A stretch of DNA of 35,301 bases from Acutalibacteraceae bacterium. GTDB taxonomy: Bacteria > Bacillota > Clostridia > Oscillospirales > Acutalibacteraceae. The stretch lies in assembly GCA_045647445.1 (NCBI GenBank), contig JAZRMJ010000148.1, positions 1 through 35,301 of the forward strand. Reading direction: 5' to 3'. The position numbers were made by a program, and so were the translations under genes. Position 1 is the first letter of the stretch. Each line of letters starts with the position of its first letter. The notes beneath the pieces are model-generated. The model worked only from the letters and a program-made list of their open reading frames with translations. It searched no databases and was not told the origin of the DNA. This document shows positions 8,938-16,251 of this stretch, one piece after another.

Positions 8938-9960
8938 ATGAAAAGAATAGTATGTTTCGGCGAGCTTATGCTCCGTCTTGCACCTGAGGGCTACTACCGT
9001 TTCGCTCAGGCTAACACCCTTGGTGCAACCTTTGGTGGTGGTGAAGCCAACGTTTCTGTTTCTCTTGCTAATTATGGCATGAATGCTGCTTTTGTTACCA
9101 AACTCCCTAAGCACGAGATAGGTCAGGCAGCAGTCAATTCACTTCGCCACTACGGTGTCGACACCTCCGAGATAGTTCGTGGTGGTGAGCGCGTTGGTAT
9201 CTACTACCTTGAGAAGGGAGCTTCAATGCGCCCCTCAAAGGTTATCTATGACCGTGCTTATTCTGCTATTGCAATGGCAAAAGCTGAAGATTTTGATTGG
9301 GATAAAATTCTTGATGGTGCCGATTGGTTCCACTTCACAGGTATCACCCCTGCTTTGGGCGATAACGTTGCCGATATCTGCCTTGATGCCGTTAAGGCTT
9401 GTAAAGCAAAGGGCGTCAAGGTTAGCTGTGACCTCAACTTCCGTAAAAATTTGTGGACTAGCGAAAAAGCAGGCAAGGTTATGGGCGAGCTGGTAAAATA
9501 TGTTAACGTTTGTATCGCCAACGAAGAGGATGCCGAAAAGGTGTTTGGCATCAAGGCAGCATCAACCGACGTTGATAGTGGCAAGCTTAACCACGATGGC
9601 TATAAAGATGTTGCAAAAAAACTTAGCGATACCTTCGGCTGTGAGAAGGTTGCAATTACCCTTCGCACCTCTATCAGCGCAAACGATAATAACTGGGCAG
9701 CAATGCTCTATGACGGCAAGGATTATTGTTTCTCAAAAGAGTATCCCATCCACATCGTTGACCGTGTTGGTGGTGGCGACTCCTTTGGCGGCGGCCTTAT
9801 CTATGCTCTGCTCAACGATTTCGACAGCCAAAGCGCAATCGAGTTTGCTGTTGCAGCAAGCGCACTTAAACACACCATTGAGGGCGACTTTAACCTTGTC
9901 AGCGTAGCTGAGGTTGAGGCGCTTATCAAGGGCGGTACCAGTGGTCGAGTTCAAAGATAA
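8938..9960 (+). CDS. kdgK: 2-dehydro-3-deoxygluconokinase-like PfkB-family sugar kinase
   Basis: MKRIVCFGELMLRLAPEG...GGGEANVSVSLANYG...DLNFRKNLW...DRVGGGDSFGGGLIYAL shows the PfkB signatures and is KdgK-like over its full length. ATG at 8938 follows GGAGG at 8926-8930. The ORF-track TTG at 8878 is the promoter -35 element. Confidence 0.85.
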   Translation: MKRIVCFGELMLRLAPEGYYRFAQANTLGATFGGGEANVSVSLANYGMNAAFVTKLPKHEIGQAAVNSLRHYGVDTSEIVRGGERVGIYYLEKGASMRPSKVIYDRAYSAIAMAKAEDFDWDKILDGADWFHFTGITPALGDNVADICLDAVKACKAKGVKVSCDLNFRKNLWTSEKAGKVMGELVKYVNVCIANEEDAEKVFGIKAASTDVDSGKLNHDGYKDVAKKLSDTFGCEKVAITLRTSISANDNNWAAMLYDGKDYCFSKEYPIHIVDRVGGGDSFGGGLIYALLNDFDSQSAIEFAVAASALKHTIEGDFNLVSVAEVEALIKGGTSGRVQR

Positions 9961-9974
9961 TTAAAACAAAAACA

Positions 9975-10004
9975 GCACCTCAAGGGTTTAACTCCTTGAG
10001 GTGC
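9975..10004. terminator. Bidirectional rho-independent terminator between convergent kdgK and the DUF4430 gene
   Basis: Stem GCACCTCAAGG (9975-9985) pairs with CCTTGAGGTGC (9994-10004). The minus-strand reading is followed by TGTTTTTGTTTT, and the plus-strand reading by a weaker T-rich tail. Confidence 0.8.
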
Positions 10005-10011
10005 ATTAATT

Positions 10012-10491
10012 TTAGCCTTTTTCTATTTTAAGCTCATATTTTGACTTTTCATCTATCTTGGTTGAGTCAACGCCTGTCAAAGCGTACTGGCCATCTATGT
10101 AAAAAGACCAATAGGTCTTATCGGTGTCATAATCGGCTTTAATGCCCATAACCTTTTTAATATAAAGACCGTATTCGCCCTGCTCACCCTCAATAAGTTT
10201 GTTATCGATCAGAGCCTCACCAACCGTCTTTTTATCGGTTTTAACGATAAGTACCGTCTTTTTGCCTGCCTGGTCGGTGATGGTTAGCGAGAAGCTTTTT
10301 TTGCCCTCACCAACAGTCGGCAAAGAGGTGTCGCTCTCGCTCGATACTAAAGAGGATATCTCTTCTTGGCTCGACAGAGAGGCATGATCATTTTTGTTAT
10401 CACTGCAACCGGTTGCAACAAGCGCCATAACCGCAATAAGCACTGCACAAAGGATGAGAGATAACACTGCTTTAAAGTGTTTAAAATTCAT
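10012..10491 (-). CDS. Lipoprotein with a DUF4430 (transcobalamin-like C-terminal) domain; putative corrinoid-binding surface protein
   Basis: Signal peptide plus lipobox (LVATGCSDN). A Ser/Glu-rich linker. The C-terminal module reads FSLTITDQAGKKTVLIVKTDKKTVGEALIDNKLIEGEQGEYGLYIKKVMGIKADYDTDKTYWSFYIDGQYALTGVDSTKIDEKSKYELKIEKG, which is typical of DUF4430. It lies directly behind a cobalamin riboswitch. Confidence 0.7.
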   Translation of the reverse strand: MNFKHFKAVLSLILCAVLIAVMALVATGCSDNKNDHASLSSQEEISSLVSSESDTSLPTVGEGKKSFSLTITDQAGKKTVLIVKTDKKTVGEALIDNKLIEGEQGEYGLYIKKVMGIKADYDTDKTYWSFYIDGQYALTGVDSTKIDEKSKYELKIEKG

Positions 10492-10549
10492 CTTTCATAC
10501 TCCTAAAATATAAAATTCCTCTCAATCGGCGCTCGCAATCATAAATAGA

Positions 10550-10745
10550 GGTTGTCGCAGGCAGGTATTTCGACTCGGTGCGTTTTTATCCACCTTCTCA
10601 GACTAATTTTAGCCCAATGGCAAGTCCCCGATTGCGGCATCGGGCAAGGATAAAACTCAAAAATTAATGCACCTTACGGCGACGGGCTCGTTCAGGCTTT
10701 GCACCTGATTATCCGACTCTGCAATGGGCAGTATAGCACCTATAT
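10550..10745 (-). promoter_or_regulatory. Cobalamin (B12) riboswitch in the leader of the DUF4430 lipoprotein gene
   Basis: The minus-strand RNA reads GGUGCUAUACUGCCCAUUGCAGAGUCGGAUAAUCAGGUGCAAAGCCUGAACGAGCCCGUCGCCGUAAGG ... GCCAUUGGGCUAAAAUUAGUCUGAGAAGGUGG ... GAGUCGAAAUACCUGCC. This gives a conserved core (GGUG-AA-CC / GCCC-CGCC-GUAA), a GCCAyUGGG...GAAGG element, and a B12 box at comp 10560-10576. Confidence 0.8.
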
Positions 10746-10766
10746 TTAAAAAAATCAATGTAAAAA

Positions 10767-10795
10767 ATTTTATATTTGTATCATAAAATTATCAA
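10767..10795 (-). promoter_or_regulatory. Candidate sigma-A promoter for the riboswitch leader
   Basis: On the minus strand, TTGATA (comp 10790-10795), a 17-nt spacer, then TAAAAT (comp 10767-10772). This lies about 20-25 nt upstream of the riboswitch 5' end. Confidence 0.45.
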
Positions 10796-10796
10796 C

Positions 10797-11165
10797 TTAT
10801 TTTTTCATCTTAGGCTTTGAGATGAGAGAGGCTAATAGCGCAAACACAACTGCAGCAGTTATACCACCTGCAGCAGAGGTAATACCACCACTTAGCGCGC
10901 CTATAAGCCCCTTGCTGTCTACTGCCTTTCGCACCCCGTCTGCAAGCAGATGGCCAAATCCCGATAACGGCACGGTAGCACCACACCCTGCCCAGTCAAT
11001 AAGCGGCTGATAAAGCCCCAGCCCACTGAGTATCACACCAAACACCACAAACCCAACAAGTATTCTTGCAGGGGTCAGTTTTGTGCGATCAATGAGCACC
11101 TGACCCAAAAGGCAAAGCCCCCCACCGACCATAAAAGCCTTAGCATATTCAAAAAATATATCCAT
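10797..11165 (-). CDS. spoVAE: Stage V sporulation protein AE (SpoVAC/SpoVAEB family membrane protein)
   Basis: AFMVGGGLCLLGQVLIDRTKLTPARILV...GLYQPLIDWAGCGATVPLSGFGHLL...GITAAVVFALLASLISKPK matches the SpoVAEB pattern and size (122 aa). GAGGTG RBS. Confidence 0.75.
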   Translation of the reverse strand: MDIFFEYAKAFMVGGGLCLLGQVLIDRTKLTPARILVGFVVFGVILSGLGLYQPLIDWAGCGATVPLSGFGHLLADGVRKAVDSKGLIGALSGGITSAAGGITAAVVFALLASLISKPKMKK

Positions 11166-11280
11166 AAAAACACCTCGTTTGGCGATATTTTGCCCATTCT
11201 AAAAGGTTTTATGAGCATTATTGTTGCAAAAAATGCAATTTGAGTATAAAATAAAACTATCAAACTTAAGGAGCTAATTT

Positions 11281-12132
11281 ATGTCTAACTTGACTTTAGT
11301 TATAATGGCAGCCGGTATGGGCAGTCGCTTCGGTGGTCTAAAACAGCTTGAGCCCATTGGCCCAAACGGAGAGATATTGCTCGACCTTTCAGTCAGCGAT
11401 GCCGTCAAAAGTGGCTTTGATAAGGTTGCCGTCATCATTCGCAAGGATAATGAGGCCGATTTTAGAGAATACGTCGGCAAACGAATTGAGCGCTACGTAG
11501 ATGTTGACTACGTTTTTCAGGATTGCTCATGTCTGCCCGAGGGTCGAGTTAAGCCCTTTGGCACAGGTCATGCCGTTTTGTGTTGCAAAGATACCGTCAA
11601 GACCCCCTTTGCTGCCATCAATGCCGATGACTACTACGGAGCAAATGCGTTCACTCAGCTCGCCCGTCACCTCTCATCTGCCAAAGCAGGGGAGTATGCA
11701 ATGGTCGGCTACAGCCTAAAAAACACCGTTACCGAGAATGGCACCGTTTCAAGAGGCGTTTGCACCGAAAAGGGTGGTTTTTTGACCTCTGTTAACGAGT
11801 TCACCAAAATCTCGAGCGACTTTATCCACACTAATGCCGATGGCAGCACCGTTCAATTGAGTGGTGACGATATCGTGTCGATGAATTTGTGGGGTTTTAC
11901 ACCCGACTTTTTCGATGCTCTCTCAGAGCGCTTCGACCGATTCATGGCTACTGCCGATTTGATGAAGGATGAGTTTTATCTGCCCTTTGCAGTCGACTCA
12001 ATGATAGCCTCAGGCGAAGCAACAGCAAGGGTCTATCATTGCCCCGACAGATGGTATGGCATCACCTATCGTGAAGATTTAGAGGGAGTTAAAACTGCCA
12101 TTCGGGATATGTTTAATAAGGGCATCTATTAA
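11281..12132 (+). CDS. Nucleotidyltransferase (sugar-phosphate nucleotidylyltransferase-like), substrate unknown
   Basis: The N-terminal LVIMAAGMGSRFGGLKQLEPIG is the G-x-G-x-R...K nucleotide-binding signature of the NTP_transferase fold. INADDYYG provides a metal/sugar-binding Asp motif. AAGGAG RBS. Confidence 0.65.
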   Translation: MSNLTLVIMAAGMGSRFGGLKQLEPIGPNGEILLDLSVSDAVKSGFDKVAVIIRKDNEADFREYVGKRIERYVDVDYVFQDCSCLPEGRVKPFGTGHAVLCCKDTVKTPFAAINADDYYGANAFTQLARHLSSAKAGEYAMVGYSLKNTVTENGTVSRGVCTEKGGFLTSVNEFTKISSDFIHTNADGSTVQLSGDDIVSMNLWGFTPDFFDALSERFDRFMATADLMKDEFYLPFAVDSMIASGEATARVYHCPDRWYGITYREDLEGVKTAIRDMFNKGIY

Positions 12133-12146
12133 AAGTTTACAAATTG

Positions 12147-12175
12147 TTGATTTTTGCCTTTATAATTATTATAAT
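12147..12175 (+). promoter_or_regulatory. Candidate sigma-A promoter of the SPFH gene
   Basis: TTGATT (12147-12152), a 17-nt spacer, then TATAAT (12170-12175). This is 30 nt upstream of the ATG at 12205. Confidence 0.55.
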
Positions 12176-12204
12176 AGGGTTAGAAACCCAAGGAGGAACT
12201 TATT

Positions 12205-13017
12205 ATGGACGTTGTTAAGACCGTAAACCCCAAAGCATCAACTATAGCTAAAATTGTTATTCCGATTGTTATTGTTGTTTTGCTTTTGATAGTAGCTATA
12301 AGCAGTGTGAGCATCGTGCCTGCAGGTCACACCGGTGTTGTCGTTACCTTAGGTAAGGTCAACGAGGGAGTGCTTCAAGAGGGTTTGCATTTCAAGATAC
12401 CCTTTATTCAGCAGGTTGTTCAAATCGATAACCGTATCGTAAAGCTCGAGGTCAACACCGAGGCCTTCTCAAAGGACCTTCAGACCGTATCCACCACCCT
12501 TGCAATCAACTACCGTGTTGATACCTCAAAATCCTACAGCATCTATAAGAACATCGGTGCCAACTACGAAACTGTTTCGGTCACCCCTGCAGTCAACGAG
12601 GTGCTTAAGGCTATCACAGCTAAATACACTGCCGAAGAGAGCGTTACCAACCGTAACCTCATTTCTGATGGCCTTGTCAAGGGCCTCAATGATAAGCTTA
12701 ACGAAATCGGTCTCTACGTAACCGACGTTAATATCATCAACTTCGACTTCTCAGAGGCATTCATTAATGCTATCGAAGAGAAGCAGGTCGCTCAGCAGAA
12801 GCTTCTAAAAGCAGAAACTGAGAAACAAACTGCAATCACCAATGCCGAGGCAGATGCAGAGACCATTCGCATCAAGGCAGAGGCAGAGGCAGCAGCCAAC
12901 GACGTGCTCAACAAGTCACTAACCGATCAGATTATCGAAAACAACAAGATCGAAAAGTGGGATGGCAAGCTGCCCCAGGTTACCGGTGGAGCAGATCCCA
13001 TCATCAGCATTAACTAA
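12205..13017 (+). CDS. SPFH/band 7 (prohibitin-family) membrane protein
   Basis: N-terminal TM helix. SPFH core (IVPAGHTGVVVTLGKV...LHFKIPFIQQVVQIDNR...LAINYRV). C-terminal Ala/Glu-rich coiled coil (EKQVAQQKLLKAETEKQ...KAEAEAAAND). AAGGAGG RBS. Confidence 0.85.
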   Translation: MDVVKTVNPKASTIAKIVIPIVIVVLLLIVAISSVSIVPAGHTGVVVTLGKVNEGVLQEGLHFKIPFIQQVVQIDNRIVKLEVNTEAFSKDLQTVSTTLAINYRVDTSKSYSIYKNIGANYETVSVTPAVNEVLKAITAKYTAEESVTNRNLISDGLVKGLNDKLNEIGLYVTDVNIINFDFSEAFINAIEEKQVAQQKLLKAETEKQTAITNAEADAETIRIKAEAEAAANDVLNKSLTDQIIENNKIEKWDGKLPQVTGGADPIISIN

Positions 13018-13024
13018 TCAAAAA

Positions 13025-13053
13025 ATGACCGTGCTAGTCACGGTCATTTTTTT
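13025..13053. terminator. Bidirectional rho-independent terminator between the convergent SPFH gene and the alpha/beta hydrolase
   Basis: Stem ATGACCGTG (13025-13033) pairs with CACGGTCAT (13039-13047). It is flanked by A6 upstream and T7 downstream, and it overlaps the stop codon of the minus-strand hydrolase gene. Confidence 0.8.
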
Positions 13054-13978
13054 GATACTTTTCTATAAACCCTCTCACAGAGCTTCGATACCCATGAGGA
13101 TCGACCCAGCAGGTTACAGCGTGGGCGGCACCGGGTGAGATATATTGCGCTTTTTCGCAAATGCACGACTCATAGTTTTGATAGGTCATATCGCATGGCA
13201 CAAATCGGTCAGCACTGCCGTGAATAAAAAGTATCGGCACCTTGCAGTGGCTCAGCGCTTCAATGCACGAGGCATCTTTAAGGCTCACTCCTGCAAGACG
13301 CTTTAGCCGTCTGTTAGTAAGGTGCATCATAGGGAAGGGAGGTAGCCCATAATCTCGCTTTAAAACGTATTTTAGCTCCTCCCATGGTGAGGTGTAACCG
13401 CAATCGGCAATAATGCCCCTAACGGTTGGTGGCAGCCCAAGCTCACTGGCCATCATTACCGTAGCCGCTCCCATTGAAACCCCGAGTAGCCAAACCTCGC
13501 CACCGATATTTTCATTAACGTATTTTATCCAGCCAAGGCAGTCGTAGCGCTCTTTTAGCCCAAAGGTTATGAATCTGCCCTCGCTGGTCAGGTGCGCTCT
13601 GTGGTGAGGCAGTAACAGATTAAACCCAAGGGAGCGATAAAAATTAAACACAGTGCTAAAATCAGCGAATCCATCCGACCGGTAGCCATGCATCATAATG
13701 AGGGTCGCCCTAGCATCCTTGCAGGGAGCGTATAGGGCTCTAAGCTTCAGACCATCGTGAGAGGTTATTTGCACCCTTTTTAGCGGCAGATCAAAAAAGC
13801 TCAGCTCACCGTCGGTGATATCGTCTATATATACCGTCCAGGGCATATCCAGTCGCTTTGCTGCAGGCTTTTCACGGTCGTCTCGCAAAAAGGCAATTTT
13901 AAAAAACACCCTCACTGCTATGCTCAGCGCAATAGCTATCAAAAGTGCAATTATAATAACGGCTATAACAAACGGCAA
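13034..13978 (-). CDS. Membrane-anchored alpha/beta hydrolase (serine hydrolase, YqkD-like)
   Basis: N-terminal TM helix (FVIAVIIIALLIAIALSIAV). HGYRSDG oxyanion region. GVSMG nucleophile elbow. HGSADRFV (Asp) and GAAHA (His) complete the triad. TTG start (comp 13976-13978) with an AAGGGAG RBS 8 nt upstream. Confidence 0.8.
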   Translation of the reverse strand: MPFVIAVIIIALLIAIALSIAVRVFFKIAFLRDDREKPAAKRLDMPWTVYIDDITDGELSFFDLPLKRVQITSHDGLKLRALYAPCKDARATLIMMHGYRSDGFADFSTVFNFYRSLGFNLLLPHHRAHLTSEGRFITFGLKERYDCLGWIKYVNENIGGEVWLLGVSMGAATVMMASELGLPPTVRGIIADCGYTSPWEELKYVLKRDYGLPPFPMMHLTNRRLKRLAGVSLKDASCIEALSHCKVPILFIHGSADRFVPCDMTYQNYESCICEKAQYISPGAAHAVTCWVDPHGYRSSVRGFIEKYQKNDRD

Positions 13979-14001
13979 AAAGCATACTCCCTTAAATTTG
14001 A

Positions 14002-14850
14002 TTAACCCTTAACTGCACCACCCGTAACACCACTAACATAGTATCTTTGCAAAAACATAAACAATAGGCTAACAGGGAGCGCAACCAGCACAGCACCGGC
14101 GCAAAACCTTGTAAAATAATCAAAAATGTTTTCGCGCGATATCATCTGAAACAGACCGAGTGCCACGGTGTATTGCTCATAATTATCCTTCATAATAACA
14201 CTCACAAAGATAAAGTCTGCCCACGGCGAAATGAATGAGGTTAGCGCAGTATAGACCACAATCGGCTTTGCAAGGGGCAAAATTATTCGCCAAAAAATCT
14301 GATTGCGGCTTGCTCCGTCAATGGTAGCAGCCTCATCAAGTGAGCGTGGCAGAGTGTCGAAAAATCCTTTTGCAACAAAATATCCCAGCCCTGCTGAAGC
14401 CGAATAAACAAGTATCAGCGATAACAGCGATTGACCCAGCCCTATCACCTTTAACAGGTGATAGACCGCAATCATCGACATAAAACCGGGGAACATGCCC
14501 AGTATCAACCCGAGGTTCATATAAATCTTTCTCGATTTAAACCTTAATCGGCTAAAGGCGTAGCTGACCATGAGTATTATCAGGGTCGAGACAGCGCTTG
14601 TAACGCTCGATACAATAAGGGTGTTTAAAAACCATCTGGGGTAATTAAAAAGCTTGGTCTCGGTAAACAGCCTTATATAATTATCGAGGGTGTAGCTTTG
14701 AGGCAAAATACTATTTGTGTATGCACCGCTTTCAGCCCTGAAGGAGTGCAATATAAGATAAATTATCGGCAATAGCCATATTACAGCCATCGACCCAAGC
14801 ACAATATAAATGATGGCATCGGCAAGCCTTCGCCTTGTTTTATATCTCAT
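14002..14850 (-). CDS. Carbohydrate ABC transporter permease (MalG-like)
   Basis: Six TM segments and the EAA loop (LDEAATIDGASRNQIFWRIILPLAKP). Its start overlaps the stop of the upstream permease (ATGA at 14847-14850). Confidence 0.88.
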   Translation of the reverse strand: MRYKTRRRLADAIIYIVLGSMAVIWLLPIIYLILHSFRAESGAYTNSILPQSYTLDNYIRLFTETKLFNYPRWFLNTLIVSSVTSAVSTLIILMVSYAFSRLRFKSRKIYMNLGLILGMFPGFMSMIAVYHLLKVIGLGQSLLSLILVYSASAGLGYFVAKGFFDTLPRSLDEAATIDGASRNQIFWRIILPLAKPIVVYTALTSFISPWADFIFVSVIMKDNYEQYTVALGLFQMISRENIFDYFTRFCAGAVLVALPVSLLFMFLQRYYVSGVTGGAVKG

Positions 14851-16226
14851 GAGAATTGCTCCTCCTTTGTGGCTGCAGCTGTGCGATTATAAACTATCAG
14901 CGATGATATGGCAGTGATTATAAACACGGCAATACCAATCACGGCGGCGAGGTTATAATTTTGCTCGTTGACCGTTTGCTTATAAAGCCAGGTAACAAGC
15001 AAATCGGTTTTGCCTGCCTGATAATAGTCGAGCGAGAGAGGGCCACCCTGAGTTAAAAGATAAATAACGTTAAAGTTATTGATGTTACCCACAAACTGAG
15101 TGATAAGATAAGGTGTCGTCACAAACAGCATATAAGGCAGAGTGATTTTCATAAAGACGGTCACAGGCCCTGCTCCGTCAATTCGAGCGGCTTCATACAT
15201 ATCCTCAGGGATGTTAGAGAGTATGCCCGTTATTATCAGCATCGAATAGGGGATGCCGATCCACATGTTTATAATTATGACCGTAATTTTTGCAAGCAGA
15301 GGGTCAGATAAAAATGCAACAGGCGAATTTGCTAACCCCGACTGAGTGAGAGCAAGGTTTATCGCACCCTGAGGGTGTAGCAGCTGCGACATAAGCAAGA
15401 GGGTCACAAACTGAGGTATGGCAATGGTAGCGATAAAGACCATTCGCCAGCCTTTTTTGAATTTTATCGAGCGCTTGTTTATCATCAGCGCAAGTATCAT
15501 GCCAAATATATAGTTTGTAAAGGTCGAAAATATCGCCCAAACTATCGTCCACCCGAGCAGGCTCAAAAAGGTGTGGCTTATTTTAGGGTTACCACCGAGA
15601 ATATTGCCGAAATTCTCAAACCCAACCCAGGTAAAGAGGTTACCGGGCGGCTGATGAGACTTATCAAAGTTTGTAAAAGCCATCAGCACCATAAAAATAA
15701 GTGGCAAAACGGTGAAAATGCCGATTAAAATTATGGGCAGAGTCAGTAGCGTTATATGGTATCTGTTTCCACCGAGCGCCTTTATTTCATCACCGAGGGT
15801 AGCGTATGCCACGCCCCTTTGCTCTGCAAGCTGACTTTTATAAGCCTGTCGCAAATTTGAGCACCACAGCACAAAAAACAGTATCGAAATAATGACCGTC
15901 ATGGTACCAAAAAGCAGTATCTCGACCGAGTTGTCACCTGCAGAATAGATATAAATGCCGAGCTCCTCGTCAAAATATCGGTGCTGAGTTTCGGTGCCGA
16001 GGGTGGGTAGCTTTTTAAGATAATTAATTCCAAATAACAGCATGTAGGTGATATATGCTATCTGAGAGAGCAAAAACGCCGCACCTCTTGCGACGGCACG
16101 GCGTTTAAAGCCCCATAAGCCCATCACGATTGCTGACAGCCGAGTAACGGCATTGCCTTTAATAATTGCAGCGCCTACCCCACCTATTGAGCTAAACACG
16201 CCGCTTCTTTTTTTCTTTTTATACAA
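14847..16226 (-). CDS. Carbohydrate ABC transporter permease (MalF-like)
   Basis: EAA loop (YEAARIDGAGPVTVFMKITLPYM) and multiple TM helices. The start is uncertain. TTG at comp 16224-16226 lies behind AGAGGAG. The ORF-track ATG at 16283 would overlap the binding-protein gene by 32 nt. Confidence 0.8.
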   Translation of the reverse strand: MYKKKKRSGVFSSIGGVGAAIIKGNAVTRLSAIVMGLWGFKRRAVARGAAFLLSQIAYITYMLLFGINYLKKLPTLGTETQHRYFDEELGIYIYSAGDNSVEILLFGTMTVIISILFFVLWCSNLRQAYKSQLAEQRGVAYATLGDEIKALGGNRYHITLLTLPIILIGIFTVLPLIFMVLMAFTNFDKSHQPPGNLFTWVGFENFGNILGGNPKISHTFLSLLGWTIVWAIFSTFTNYIFGMILALMINKRSIKFKKGWRMVFIATIAIPQFVTLLLMSQLLHPQGAINLALTQSGLANSPVAFLSDPLLAKITVIIINMWIGIPYSMLIITGILSNIPEDMYEAARIDGAGPVTVFMKITLPYMLFVTTPYLITQFVGNINNFNVIYLLTQGGPLSLDYYQAGKTDLLVTWLYKQTVNEQNYNLAAVIGIAVFIITAISSLIVYNRTAAATKEEQFS

Positions 16227-16251
16227 CGTGCTCCAAGCTCCTCTCAAGCCA

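Noticed and set aside
9179-9954. Several 73-135-aa alternate-frame and antisense ORFs within kdgK
   Set aside because: They are shadow ORFs of a gene with full-length PfkB signatures.
5818-10750. A B12 theme linking the histidine phosphatase (as CobC), hemZ, the MT2-like methyltransferase and the riboswitch into one system
   Set aside because: The genes are scattered over 30 kb in separate transcription units. The RHG phosphatase cannot be distinguished from GpmB-type enzymes by eye. HemZ belongs to the conserved rel operon. Only the riboswitch-lipoprotein unit is directly supported.
11224-11238. Inverted repeat TTGCA-AAAAA-TGCAA in the spoVAE / nucleotidyltransferase intergenic region
   Set aside because: It has only 5-bp arms and overlaps a probable -35 element. 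It cannot be told apart from chance.
12868-12900. GCAGAGGCA-type tandem repetition
   Set aside because: It encodes the KAEAEAAAN coiled-coil tail of the SPFH protein. This is coding low complexity, not a repeat element.
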